Assembly: GCA_965199855.1 (NCBI GenBank)
Contig: OZ241326.1
Location: 2,211,908-2,275,907 of the forward strand
Source: a bacterium
GTDB taxonomy: Bacteria > UBA8248
Length of the DNA: 64,000 bases
Direction: 5' to 3'
The number at the start of each line of letters is the position of its first letter. Positions within the stretch are counted from its first letter, which is position 1. The notes beneath the pieces were generated by a model. It saw only the letters and a list, made by a program, of their open reading frames with translations. It searched no databases and was not told the DNA's origin. The translations under genes were made by a program, and so were the position numbers. This document shows, piece by piece, positions 35,201-43,800 of the stretch.

Positions 35201-35727
35201 CCGCCCCTCACCGCGTATTCGCCGGGAGATTCCACGACCGATCTTCTCAGATACGTCAGCGACTCGAGCGAGCCGATGAACCCGTCGCGATCCAGCTCCA
35301 TCCCCTCGCGCAGGGGAATCACGGCGGCGTCCAGCCGGGCGGGCGGAGGGATGCGCGTCGCCATCGCGGCGGCCGTCGTCAGGACGACGCCCCGCCCCCC
35401 GCCGCGCAGAAGCCGCAACGCGGCCATCCTCGCGCCGACGACCTCGCTGGAGGGCGACAGCCTCGAAAACGGATACGCATCCCACGCCGGGAAGCTCGCC
35501 GCCGGCAGGCCGGGCGCGCCCGGGTCGCCCACGAACAGCCTCATGCCCGCCTCTATCGTCTTGAGGCGGCGCGCGTCCTCCTCCACGAAAACGACGGGGC
35601 CCTCGCGCTCGCGCGCGATTCCCGCCAGCCACCAGGCGATGGCCGCCCCGTTCGCCCCCCGCAGGCGAACGCGCTTCTCCCCCTCGAACGCCCACCGAGA
35701 GGCCGGGGGCTTATCCGCCACGCGCAT
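32257..35727 (-). CDS. mfd: transcription-repair coupling factor
   Basis: 1156 aa. CarD-like segment VVHAEHGVGRYVG, helicase motif I CGDVGYGKTEVAL and motif II LLIVDEEHRFG. The length is typical of Mfd. Confidence 0.96.
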   Translation of the reverse strand: MRVADKPPASRWAFEGEKRVRLRGANGAAIAWWLAGIAREREGPVVFVEEDARRLKTIEAGMRLFVGDPGAPGLPAASFPAWDAYPFSRLSPSSEVVGARMAALRLLRGGGRGVVLTTAAAMATRIPPPARLDAAVIPLREGMELDRDGFIGSLESLTYLRRSVVESPGEYAVRGGILDFFSPQSAWPTRLEFRGDELDSLRDFHPQTQRNLNTRRSVEAFPAREIVLSPEELEDGRRALMEAAGAGTGARVERLLDHLEAEGRFSGIEGLAPMFLAEMSTLFDAAPGDALWVLNEPESLNEAVERLWEEVNEELRLAPERGLVSFEPGLLWLGPEEVREELSIWPRLAFDSLGLDSGGGEEAPEAGETFSAEIINPFRGRVEAFVRQLRAWRERDESVVIAAGEKTLALRVRTLLREHELGVEILPRGAPLLDERRDAALVEGRLGASFRLPDEGRVFFRAEDLLAGAPGGSARSAPRLRPGEGFRDLSENDLVVHAEHGVGRYVGTRVIEHRDGEDEFLTLQYAGGDRLYVPMDDVERIHKYHGAGAAPPLDRLGGTRWGRTKNSVKKSLRGIARDLVRLYSERSAARGHAFSGEGAFDREISAGFEFEETPDQDQAIRDVLEDMERARPMDRLVCGDVGYGKTEVALRAAARAVSAGKQVAVVVPTTLLAHQHRETFGKRFEPLPVRVETLSRFRSRKEQKEVAEGLAHGSVDIVIGTHRLLQKDVAFRDLGLLIVDEEHRFGVSHKEKLKKLRVAVDVLTLTATPIPRTMQMALSGARDLSVIETPPLHRVAPRTYISRFSEKLIREAITKEIDRGGQAFFVHNRVTSLPAMRRLLARLLPDARILVGHGQMKEKELEEVMERFVTRRADVLLCTTIIESGLDIPSVNTIMINRADTFGMAQLYQLRGRVGRDRFQAHAYLLVSAAESLTRRAKERLRALEELSELGGGFRLAMRDLEIRGAGHLLGHRQSGQISAVGFDMYCRLLEEVVQETKGEAVERLEPDVVAPVAGALPSSWIPARAERLEVYRRIASARAPGELRELAVELRDKFGELPARALHLLQLGEIRLRARLCGIKAIHVRGKEARFEVFPGDYELAAAFLDAPGVEPIDARAFRAGVRGRWAEDFDFLVQVMDALEMRRVSGEELAAEEA

Positions 35728-35808
35728 TTTCGGATTCGGCGCGGCGGCGCGCGGGAAGAGAGAGCGGGCGGATCGTTTCTGGCGGCATGAAAATTTCCCG
35801 GAACCGGC

Positions 35809-36933
35809 CTAGTTCAGCGATTTTCTGGTGATGACGAAATCCCGAAGCACGTTGGAGGGGTTTTTGGGCAGGGCGACGTTCGCGCCGTTCAGCGATACCC
35901 GCGCTCCCGCGATGTTTCCCAGGGTGAGGGTGAATTTCCCGGACGCCCTCCAGCTCTTCTCCTCGCCCGCCAGCAAAAGGAATTCTTCCACGCCTTCCGC
36001 GTCGGCGATGATCCGCACCCACGTATCCCCGAGGGCGAAAATCCTCAGCGTGAGCGGAAAAGCGGCGGTCTCCGGGGTTCGACGCTCCCGCGGCGCGCCG
36101 GCAGCGGGAGGGTTCTCCCGCGTCGGGGGATTCCCGCCGGCCGGCGCGCTCGCCGCCGGGGGAGCGTCTTGAGCGGCAGGCGTCTTCTCCGCCGGGGCCC
36201 GCTCCGCGGGCGGAGAATTTCCCGGCGGGGCGCTTTCCCCGCCCGAAGCGTCCTCCCGCGCCCGCGGAGGCGCGCCGGGCGACGGGTTCTCCTTCTCCTC
36301 ACCAGGGGACGCCTGCGGCGCGGCCGGGAGGGAGGAGCGAGCCCGCTCCGGCGCCTGCTCCTTCACCACGGAGGCGGTCGCCTCCCGCTCCCGCGCGTCC
36401 CGGCCGCCGTCCGCCTTCGTCATCAAGGGGGGAGCGTTGGCGGCGGGCGTGAGCGCGGCCCTGATTCTGGCGGGGAGCGACCCGACGAAAGCGAGCGGGT
36501 TCGTCTCTCCCTTCACGAGCCAGAGAGCCCCGCCGCCGGCGAGAAGAAAAAGCAGCACGGGCAGGGCGGCCGCCACGAATTTGACGCGCTGCTGCCGGCG
36601 GGAAGGACTGAAGCGGGCCTGGAGGTCGGAATCCGCCCCCGGCCGGTTCAACGCGGGGCCGAGCCCGATTTCCCGCCTGAAGGCGGCGGCCGCGGCGTCG
36701 GCGTCCACGCCAATCTCCTCCGCGAAGGCGCGAACGAACCCCACGCCGACCGGGCCCCTCGGCAGTCGGTCGAAAGACCCGCTTTCGATGCCTTCGAGAT
36801 AATACGATCGGATTCGCGTCCGGTCGGATATGACGCGAAGGGACAGCGCCTTCTCCTCGCGGGCGCTCCGCAGGAAAGGCCCTATCCCCTCCTCTTCCAT
36901 CCGCGCCATGATTTCCGGGTCGGTTTCCGCCAT
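35809..36933 (-). CDS. RodZ-like cytoskeleton protein (HTH + TM + DUF4115)
   Basis: I prefer ATG 36933 (MAETDPEI). HTH segment LRSAREEKALSLRVISDRTRIRSYYLEGIESG, one TM helix (VAAALPVLLFLLAGGGALWLV), a Pro/Ala-rich linker, and a DUF4115-like C-terminus (LTLRIFALGDTWVRIIADA...LTLGNIAGARVSLNG). Confidence 0.75.
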   Translation of the reverse strand: MAETDPEIMARMEEEGIGPFLRSAREEKALSLRVISDRTRIRSYYLEGIESGSFDRLPRGPVGVGFVRAFAEEIGVDADAAAAAFRREIGLGPALNRPGADSDLQARFSPSRRQQRVKFVAAALPVLLFLLAGGGALWLVKGETNPLAFVGSLPARIRAALTPAANAPPLMTKADGGRDAREREATASVVKEQAPERARSSLPAAPQASPGEEKENPSPGAPPRAREDASGGESAPPGNSPPAERAPAEKTPAAQDAPPAASAPAGGNPPTRENPPAAGAPRERRTPETAAFPLTLRIFALGDTWVRIIADAEGVEEFLLLAGEEKSWRASGKFTLTLGNIAGARVSLNGANVALPKNPSNVLRDFVITRKSLN

Positions 36934-37081
36934 CACCCGTCCCCTCTTCTCGAAGCCCAACGAAACAAGTCGGGGCCGGAAGGAGCAGTATACGCGCAAG
37001 GAGGCCGAAAGTCAACGCTCGGGAGGCGCCGCCCCTTCGCGTCGGGGAGAATCCCCCCCGCGCGGCGCGCGAAGCGGCGGC

Positions 37082-37951
37082 TCAGGGAAGGATGGAGAGA
37101 ATCGCGGGCGTCACGTCGCGGATGCTGGGGTTCGCCGCGTCCGCGAGCAGGACGTCGGCGTGTTTGCCGTAGAGCAGTATCGGGACGGGGTTTTTCGTGT
37201 GGGAGGAGGTCGAGGCGTCCTCCACGTTTCCGTGATCGCTGCTCAGGACGAACGTATCCTCCCCCGCGTCGAGCCGCCGCAGCGCGGCGCGCAAAAACCC
37301 GTTCAAATCCCTTAAAACCTCGAAGGCGTCGTCCGCGCCTCCGCGGTGGCCGACGTGGTCGGTGTGAAAAAACTCGTAGATCAGCAAATCCCTTCTCTTC
37401 GCCAGTTTTCCGAGGCGATCGCCCGCCTCCGCGGCGTCGAGCCCCGCCACCTCGTGGCCCTGCTCCGCCGCGATCCCGTTCGTGTAGTCCCGATAGACGG
37501 CCTCTCCCCGCGCGAGATCCTCCAGGCGGTTCAGGGGGATTCCCGCGCTTTCGGCCATCACCGTGGTCACGGAGCGTCTGCGGGCGCGCCCGCGCGCGAA
37601 GAAAGGGGGCGTATAGGCGTTGGCGAACCCGACGAGCGCGCCCCGCTCCCGCGCGCGCCTGAGCAGGCCGCTTCGGCAGACGAGGCGGCGCAGGCGCTCG
37701 TTCGGCAGCCCCTGGCGGTGGCCGCCCTCCAGTTCGGGCGCGTTCGCGCCCGTGAACAGCGCGGCGCCTCCCGTCGCGCTCTGGGGAACGCCCCCGACGC
37801 CGAGGCGGGCGTCCGCCTCGATGAGCCTGAAGCCGGGCGCCCGCCCGCCGCGCAAAAGCGCCAGCGGCGGCTCCTCCAGCCCCGAGAGGGGATTGTCCGG
37901 CCCCGGCGGGGCGACGCCCAGGCCGTCCACGAACACGAAAAGAACGGCCAT
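37082..37951 (-). CDS. alkaline-phosphatase-superfamily metalloenzyme (iPGM/phosphopentomutase-like)
   Basis: 289 aa. Contains MAVLFVFVDGLG (metal-ligand Asp), FFHTDHVGH and SSDHGN. Confidence 0.6.
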   Translation of the reverse strand: MAVLFVFVDGLGVAPPGPDNPLSGLEEPPLALLRGGRAPGFRLIEADARLGVGGVPQSATGGAALFTGANAPELEGGHRQGLPNERLRRLVCRSGLLRRARERGALVGFANAYTPPFFARGRARRRSVTTVMAESAGIPLNRLEDLARGEAVYRDYTNGIAAEQGHEVAGLDAAEAGDRLGKLAKRRDLLIYEFFHTDHVGHRGGADDAFEVLRDLNGFLRAALRRLDAGEDTFVLSSDHGNVEDASTSSHTKNPVPILLYGKHADVLLADAANPSIRDVTPAILSILP

Positions 37952-37952
37952 G

Positions 37953-38972
37953 CTAGAGCGTTCGTCCGACGGCCTCTGCGAACGCCCGCAGCTCCCCGAG
38001 CAGGGCGGCGAACCGCTCGGGCTTGAGCGACTGCGGCCCGTCGCTCATCGCCTTTTCGGGCTCGGGGTGGAGTTCGAGCATCAGGCCGTCCGCCCCGACG
38101 GCCACGGCCGCCTTCGCCAGGGGCGCGACGAACCGCCAGGCACCCGCCGCGTGGCTCGGGTCCACCACCACCGGCAGGTGCGTCTGCTCCTTGAGCACCG
38201 GCACGGCGCTGATGTCCAGCGTGTTGCGCGTGGCCGTCTCGAAGGTTCGTATCCCCCGCTCGCACAGCACCACGTTCGGGTTTCCCTGGCTCATGACGTA
38301 TTCCGCCGACATCAGGAACTCCTCGATCGTCGTGGACATGCCGCGCTTGAGGAAGATGGTCTTGTTCGTCCGGCCGACCTTCTTCAGCAGGGAGAAGTTC
38401 TGCACGTTGCGCGCGCCGATCTGCAGGACGTCCGCGTAGGCGCAGCACGCCGCGATGTCCTCGGAGTCCATCACCTCCGTCTGGACGGGAAGCCCCGTCC
38501 TCTCGCGCGCCTCCGCGAGGAGCCTGAGGCCCTCCTCCGCCATGCCCTGGAAGCTGTAGGGCGAGGTGCGCGGCTTGTAGGCGCCGCCCCGCAGCACGTG
38601 GCCGCCGCCCGCCTTCACGGCCTCGGCGGACTTCAGTATCTGCTCCCGGTTCTCCACCGAGCACGGCCCGCCGATGACGACGATGCGCTCGCCGCCGATT
38701 TCCACCCCCTCGCCCATCGGCAGACGGCTGGGCTCGGACCTGCCCTCCGCGCTCGCCAGCTTGAAGGGCTTGAGAATGGGCGTCACGCTCTCCACGCCGT
38801 TCAGCGAGACGAGCGACTCCAGCATGTATTTTCCGCGCTCGTCCCCGATGGCGCCGATCACCGTGCGCTCCACCCCTTCCATGACGTGTTCCTTGTAGCC
38901 GAGTTCGTTGATGCTCCTGATGGCGTTTTTCACCTCATCCTTCGTCGCGCCGCGCTTCATCACGATAATCAA
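37953..38972 (-). CDS. aroF: 3-deoxy-7-phosphoheptulonate (DAHP) synthase, type I-beta with N-terminal regulatory domain
   Basis: End of ORF 37953..39305. TTG 38972 is preceded by GGAAGGAGG and gives (M)[17 protein letters not shown], the ACT/ferredoxin-like N-terminus seen in Thermotoga-type enzymes. The catalytic part contains [26 protein letters not shown] and [10 protein letters not shown] 38960 is an alternative start. Confidence 0.9.
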   Translation of the reverse strand: MIIVMKRGATKDEVKNAIRSINELGYKEHVMEGVERTVIGAIGDERGKYMLESLVSLNGVESVTPILKPFKLASAEGRSEPSRLPMGEGVEIGGERIVVIGGPCSVENREQILKSAEAVKAGGGHVLRGGAYKPRTSPYSFQGMAEEGLRLLAEARERTGLPVQTEVMDSEDIAACCAYADVLQIGARNVQNFSLLKKVGRTNKTIFLKRGMSTTIEEFLMSAEYVMSQGNPNVVLCERGIRTFETATRNTLDISAVPVLKEQTHLPVVVDPSHAAGAWRFVAPLAKAAVAVGADGLMLELHPEPEKAMSDGPQSLKPERFAALLGELRAFAEAVGRTL

Positions 38973-39195
38973 GCCGAACCTCCTTCCATCCGCGCGGAAC
39001 CCGCGCGCGTCTCCCCAAAAAAATCGCCGCGAGGCCGGAAGCCCACGGCGAACGTTCCTGCTCAGCGTCCGGTGGCGGGCGGCTCGTCCGCCCCCCGCCG
39101 CTCGGGTCTTACGAAACGGCGGGCGGACGGACGGTGATAAAGCCGAAAAAGAAGCGCCCGCCAATCGCCCGCATCGCGTCCGTCTCCCGGAAATT

Positions 39196-40566
39196 TCATC
39201 TTTCGCCGAAAAACAAGGGCTTACGATAATCCCGAAGGGAGGGAGCGTCAACCCCCGACGGCGGCGATTCCCGGATGGGCGGCGAGGGGGGCGATCCCCG
39301 GTCATCGCCCCGCGCCCGAGGAGCCGCCGGAAAAGAGACGGGTTCGGGAGAAAAGCCGCCCGCCCGCGCGTGAAAAAACGGTCGGACGCGCGAACCCCCG
39401 CGCGCTATTTCCTCGTTCTTCCCGCTCCGGCGGCTCCGCCCCGCCCGGGGCGGCCGGACGAGCCTGCCGCCCAGAACCACGTGCGCGGCCTCGAGCATCC
39501 GGCTCCCCGCGCGCCGCGCCCCCATGCAGTCCTCGAAGGAGAACCTGCCCTCCTTCATCCGGAACACGGCGACGTCGCCCCGGGCGCCCTTCTTGAGCGT
39601 CCCCACCTCGTCTTTCAGGCCAATCCACTCCGCCGCCGTCTGCGCGCTGAGCCGCACCACCTCGGAGAGGGGAAAGCCGAGCGCCAGAAACTTGCTCATC
39701 AGGGTCGGAAAGTCATACACCGGCCCATGAAGGCAGTGGGCATGGAGGTCGGTGCTCAGGTTGCCCGGCATGAGGCCCTGGGCCATGGCCCTCTCCAGAA
39801 TCTCGAAGCTGAAGCTCGAGCGCCCGTGGGCTACGTCGAGCAGGACGCCCGCATCCCGCGCCTCCCACACCGCGCGGCGCACCCGGCCCCGCCTGTCCAG
39901 AATGTTCTCGCGCCGGCCGTGAAACGCATGGGTGAGCACGTCGCCCGGGCGGAGTTTCCTGAGAATTCTCGAGAGGGGGACGGGCGTATCCCCCACGTGC
40001 GCCATGAGCGGAACCTTGAGGAACTCCGCCGCCTCGAGCGCCGCGTCCAGGGGCCTGGCGCCGCTGCCCTCCACCACGTTGCGGCTCAGGCGCACCTTCA
40101 TGCCGATGAGATGCTCGCGGTTCCTCTCGTAGCACTCCACCGCCCTGTCCACCCGAAGCGCGCGCATGTCGACGTTCTCGCCCAGGCCGTCGATGAGAAG
40201 CCCGCCCTCGGAGATGTTCAGATAGGCGCGAACCGTCGGCCGCGCCTTCTCCAGGAACCATTTCCGGAAGGCCGGATAGGTCTGCGCGCCGGCGCTGCCC
40301 GTGTCCACCGCCGTCGTCACCCCGCGCGCGAGCATCGCCGCCTCCAGGCTCACGCCGTAGTGGGTCACGCCCTCGTAGAAGTGGCAGTGGAGATCGACCA
40401 GGCCCGGTGTGACGATTTTCCCCGCGGCGTTCAGGGCGCGCCTCCCCGCGGGATCGATGCGGGGCGCCACCCTCCGCACGCGGCCGCCGGCGATTTCCAC
40501 GTCCATCGTCCCCTCCAGCCCCTGGGAGGGATCGATGACGTAGCCGCCGCGTATGACGATGTCCAT
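39196..40566 (-). CDS. amidohydrolase-superfamily metallohydrolase (deacetylase/dihydroorotase-like)
   Basis: ATG 40566 gives [16 protein letters not shown]...[10 protein letters not shown] (HxH). The roughly 70-aa basic, Pro-rich tail down to the stop at 39196 looks non-homologous. Confidence 0.75.
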   Translation of the reverse strand: MDIVIRGGYVIDPSQGLEGTMDVEIAGGRVRRVAPRIDPAGRRALNAAGKIVTPGLVDLHCHFYEGVTHYGVSLEAAMLARGVTTAVDTGSAGAQTYPAFRKWFLEKARPTVRAYLNISEGGLLIDGLGENVDMRALRVDRAVECYERNREHLIGMKVRLSRNVVEGSGARPLDAALEAAEFLKVPLMAHVGDTPVPLSRILRKLRPGDVLTHAFHGRRENILDRRGRVRRAVWEARDAGVLLDVAHGRSSFSFEILERAMAQGLMPGNLSTDLHAHCLHGPVYDFPTLMSKFLALGFPLSEVVRLSAQTAAEWIGLKDEVGTLKKGARGDVAVFRMKEGRFSFEDCMGARRAGSRMLEAAHVVLGGRLVRPPRAGRSRRSGKNEEIARGGSRVRPFFHARAGGFSPEPVSFPAAPRARGDDRGSPPSPPIRESPPSGVDAPSLRDYRKPLFFGER

Positions 40567-40666
40567 CCCCGAAGCTCCCCGGAGAAGCGAGGCGCGCGCC
40601 GGAATCCCCGGCGAGGCCCGGCGCAATCCCGAATCGCCGGGACGCGGCGCCGCTCCGCCGGGCGCG

Positions 40667-40696
40667 TTGACACGCAATCGCCGCAGGGTGGATCAT
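40667..40696 (+). promoter_or_regulatory. candidate sigma70-type promoter of the acd-acd-selenoprotein operon
   Basis: TTGACA (40667-40672), an 18-nt spacer, then GATCAT (40691-40696), about 50 nt upstream of ATG 40749. Pattern match only. Confidence 0.35.
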
Positions 40697-40748
40697 GGCG
40701 GGCGTCGAGCGCAACCATCATCCCAAACCAGCCTGCGGGAGCCGCGAG

Positions 40749-41921
40749 ATGAGCCTGCAAACCGAAGCCGCGCTTCAGTTCGACCTGGACGACACGCAAA
40801 AGATGCTTCGCCGGACGGTGCGGGAGCTCTCCGAGCGCCACATCGCCCCGCGCGCCGCCGAAATCGACGAGAACGAGGAATACCCCGAAGACATCTATCA
40901 GATGCAGAAGGAGCACGGCCTCCTCGGCATCTTCTTCCCCGAGGAATACGGCGGCGGCGGAATGGGCTTTCTGGGCGGCTGCGTCGCCATCGAGGAGATC
41001 GCGCGCTTCTGCTCGAACTCCCCGCTCTTCATCGTGCTCAACATGCTCTCGAGCCGCGTCATCGACCTGAGCGGCACGCCGGAGCAGAAGACGCATTATA
41101 TGACGGGCCTCGCCAGGGGCGAACTTCGGGGCTCCTACGCCCTCACGGAGCCCCACGCGGGCTCCGACGCCGGGAACATCCGCACGCGCGCCGTCCGGGA
41201 GGGCGAGGAGTGGGTCATCAACGGGACGAAATGCTTCTGCACGGGACCCGACAAGGCGGACTTCATCACCGTCGCCGCCAAGACCGACCCCGGCGCGGGC
41301 GCGCGGGGCATCACCTACTACGTCGTCCCCACGGACGCGCCCGGCTTCAGCATCGACAAGCACGAGCGCAAGATGGGGATGCGCGGCATCTCGACCTGCA
41401 TGCTGCGCTTCGACAGCGTGGCCGTGCCCCTCGAGAACCAGATCGGCGAGCTGAACCAGGGCTTCAGAACCGCGATGATCGGCTTCAACCAGATGCGGCC
41501 CGCCATCGGCGCGCGCGCGGTCGGCCTCGCCCAGGGGTGCCTCGACTACGCCGCGGGCTACGCGAAGGAGCGCGAGGCCTTCGGGAAGCCCATCGCCCGC
41601 CACCAGGCCGTCCAGTTCATGCTCGCCGACATGTTCATGGACATCGAGGCGTCGCGCCTGCTCGTCTATCGCGCCGCCTCGATGGTGGACGCCGGACAAA
41701 TCGGCAAGGAGAACGCCCGGTATTTCTCGACGGCCAAGACCTACGCGGCCGACATGGCGATGAAGTGCGCGATAGACGGCATCCAGGTGCTGGGCGGGGC
41801 GGGCTACATGAAGGATCACCCGCTCGAGCGCTTCATGCGCGACGCCAAGCAGATCCAGATCGTCGAGGGGACGAGCCAGATTCAGCGGATCATCATCGCC
41901 CGCAACCTGCTCGACCTCTAG
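40749..41921 (+). CDS. acyl-CoA dehydrogenase
   Basis: I prefer ATG 40749. Contains YALTEPHAGSDAG and GGAGYMKDHPLERFMRDAKQIQIVEGTSQIQR (catalytic Glu region). Confidence 0.92.
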   Translation: MSLQTEAALQFDLDDTQKMLRRTVRELSERHIAPRAAEIDENEEYPEDIYQMQKEHGLLGIFFPEEYGGGGMGFLGGCVAIEEIARFCSNSPLFIVLNMLSSRVIDLSGTPEQKTHYMTGLARGELRGSYALTEPHAGSDAGNIRTRAVREGEEWVINGTKCFCTGPDKADFITVAAKTDPGAGARGITYYVVPTDAPGFSIDKHERKMGMRGISTCMLRFDSVAVPLENQIGELNQGFRTAMIGFNQMRPAIGARAVGLAQGCLDYAAGYAKEREAFGKPIARHQAVQFMLADMFMDIEASRLLVYRAASMVDAGQIGKENARYFSTAKTYAADMAMKCAIDGIQVLGGAGYMKDHPLERFMRDAKQIQIVEGTSQIQRIIIARNLLDL

Positions 41922-41933
41922 GAGCGCGCGGAG

Positions 41934-43103
41934 GTGGGGCCGGGGGCGGAGCCGCCCGCCGCGTTCGGGCTGAGCCGGGCGCAGCGAGCGCTGGGAGAGA
42001 GGGTCTATGCGCTGAGCCGCCGCCGCGTCGCGCCCCGCGCCGCCGACATCGACGAAAGCGGGGAATACCCCGAGGATATTTTCCAGCTCCTGAAGTCCCG
42101 CGGCCTCCTCGGCCTCTACGTCCCCGAAGAATACGGCGGGGCGGGCCTCGGCGTCCTGGAGACGTGCGTCGCCATCGAGCAGATGGCGCGCTTCTGCTCG
42201 AACTCTCCCCTTTTCTTCTCCGTCCACCTGCTCGCCACCCGCGCCGTCGCCATAGGCGGAACCGGGGCGCAGAAGAGCGTCTGGCTCCGCGGCGTAGCCC
42301 GGGGCGAGCTGCGCCCCGCCTTCTCGCTCACCGAGCCGCACGCGGGCTCCGACGCCGCGAACATATCGGCGCGCGCGGCGCGGGAGGGGGACTCGTGGGT
42401 CATCAACGGCCAGAAGTGCTACTGCACCGGCGCGAGCGTCGCCGACTTCCTCACCGTGGCGGCGAAGACCGAGGCCGGGGCGGGGGCGCGCGGCGTCTCC
42501 TTCTTCATCGTTCCCAAGGGCGAATTCCGGGTGGGCCGCCGCGAGAGGAAGATGGGGATGCGGGGAATCCCCACCTGCGAGGTGTTTTTGGAGAACGCCC
42601 ACGTCCCCCTCGAAAACATCATCGGCGATCGGGCGACGGGCTTCAGAACCGCCATGCTCGGCTTCAACCAGGCGCGGCCCGCCATCGGCGCGCGCGCGGT
42701 CGGCCTCGCCCAGGGGTGCCTCGACCACGCCGCGGGCTACGCCAAGGAGCGCGAGGCCTTCGGGAAGCCCATCGCCCGCCATCAGGCCGTCCAGTTCATG
42801 CTCGCCGACATGTTCATGGACGTCGAGGCGTCGCGCCTGCTCGTTTACCGCGCCGCCTCGATGGTGGATAATGGGCGCTATCAAAAGGAGGACGCGCATT
42901 TCATCTGCGCCGCGAAGTGCTTCGCGTCCGACGCGGCCATGAAGGCGGCCGTGGACGCGGTTCAGACCCTGGGCGGGGCGGGCTATACGAGGGATCACCC
43001 GCTCGAGCGGTTTATGAGAGACGCCAAGCAGCTGCAAATCATCGAGGGGACGAACCAGATTCAGCGCATGGCGATCGCCCGGAATCTGCTGGGCCTGAAC
43101 TGA
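41934..43103 (+). CDS. acyl-CoA dehydrogenase (tandem paralog)
   Basis: 389 aa with a GTG start. Contains FSLTEPHAGSDAA and GGAGYTRDHPLERFMRDAKQLQIIEGTNQIQR. Long stretches are identical to the upstream paralog (REAFGKPIARHQAVQFMLADMFMD). Confidence 0.92.
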   Translation: MGPGAEPPAAFGLSRAQRALGERVYALSRRRVAPRAADIDESGEYPEDIFQLLKSRGLLGLYVPEEYGGAGLGVLETCVAIEQMARFCSNSPLFFSVHLLATRAVAIGGTGAQKSVWLRGVARGELRPAFSLTEPHAGSDAANISARAAREGDSWVINGQKCYCTGASVADFLTVAAKTEAGAGARGVSFFIVPKGEFRVGRRERKMGMRGIPTCEVFLENAHVPLENIIGDRATGFRTAMLGFNQARPAIGARAVGLAQGCLDHAAGYAKEREAFGKPIARHQAVQFMLADMFMDVEASRLLVYRAASMVDNGRYQKEDAHFICAAKCFASDAAMKAAVDAVQTLGGAGYTRDHPLERFMRDAKQLQIIEGTNQIQRMAIARNLLGLN

Positions 43104-43133
43104 CGCCTCGCTTCCCGCCGCCGGAGGTTACGG

Positions 43134-43754
43134 ATGAGCCGGACCATTGAAATTCTCACGCCCACCTCGTTCGTCCGCGCGGGCGATCATCCCCTGGCGG
43201 CGCGGCCGGGAGAGCTCGGCGGACTCAGAATCGGCTTTTTCCACAACAACAAGCCGAACGCCGACGCCCTCCTGGAGCGCATCGAGGAGCTCCTCGCGCG
43301 GGAGGACGAAACCCTCCGCTTCGTCCGCTGGGGAAAGCCGAACCCGACGCTGCCGGAGGCGCGCCTCGGCGAGTTCATCAAGCAGGTGGACGCGGCCGTC
43401 TGCGCGGTGGGCGACTGAGGCAGCTGCACGTCGTGGAGTATCCACGACGCGGTGGAGATGGAGAAAGCGGGGATTCCGACGGCCACGTTCTGCTCCAGCG
43501 AATTCTCCGCCCTGGGCGCGAACGAGCGGGTCGCCCTGGGGATGCCGGGCCTTCCGATAGTCGTCGTGCCGCACCCCGTGGGGGGGATTCCGCCCGAACG
43601 GGCGCGCGCCCTGGGGGACGCGGCGCTGGACGAGGTTCGGCGCGTCCTCACGGAGGACGCGGAATCGCTGCGAAGGGAATACCGCGAGCGCGCCTACGCC
43701 CCGCCCCGCCGGACGGTGCGCCACAAGGCGCTTTTCGCCCGGGGGTCGGCGTGA
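43134..43754 (+). CDS. UGSC-type selenoprotein (in-frame UGA = Sec at codon 95)
   Basis: Track ORFs 43134..43418 and 43452..43754 share one frame. They are separated only by TGA (43416-43418) and 11 sense codons. The joined reading is ...QVDAAVCAVGD-U-GSCTSWSIHDAVEMEKAGIPTATFCSSEF... The U-x-x-C motif and the SECIS-like hairpin directly downstream support Sec decoding. Confidence 0.8.
43416..43449 (+). other. UGA codon plus bacterial SECIS-like hairpin
   Basis: UGA at 43416-43418. Ten nt later there is a perfect 8-bp stem CGUCGUGG / CCACGACG (43429-43436 / 43442-43449) with apical loop AGUAU (G at the second loop position). The loop is centred about 21 nt after the UGA. Confidence 0.7.
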
Positions 43755-43800
43755 GACGCCGGACGGACGGGAGCGCGCGCGGCGCAAGCGGGAGCGCGGC

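Noticed and set aside
39196-39420. Basic, Pro-rich ~70-aa C-terminal tail of the amidohydrolase as a separate functional domain.
   Set aside because: Its composition looks like read-on into non-coding GC-rich sequence. It may reflect a missed stop or frameshift, or a genuinely disordered tail. No evidence supports either reading.
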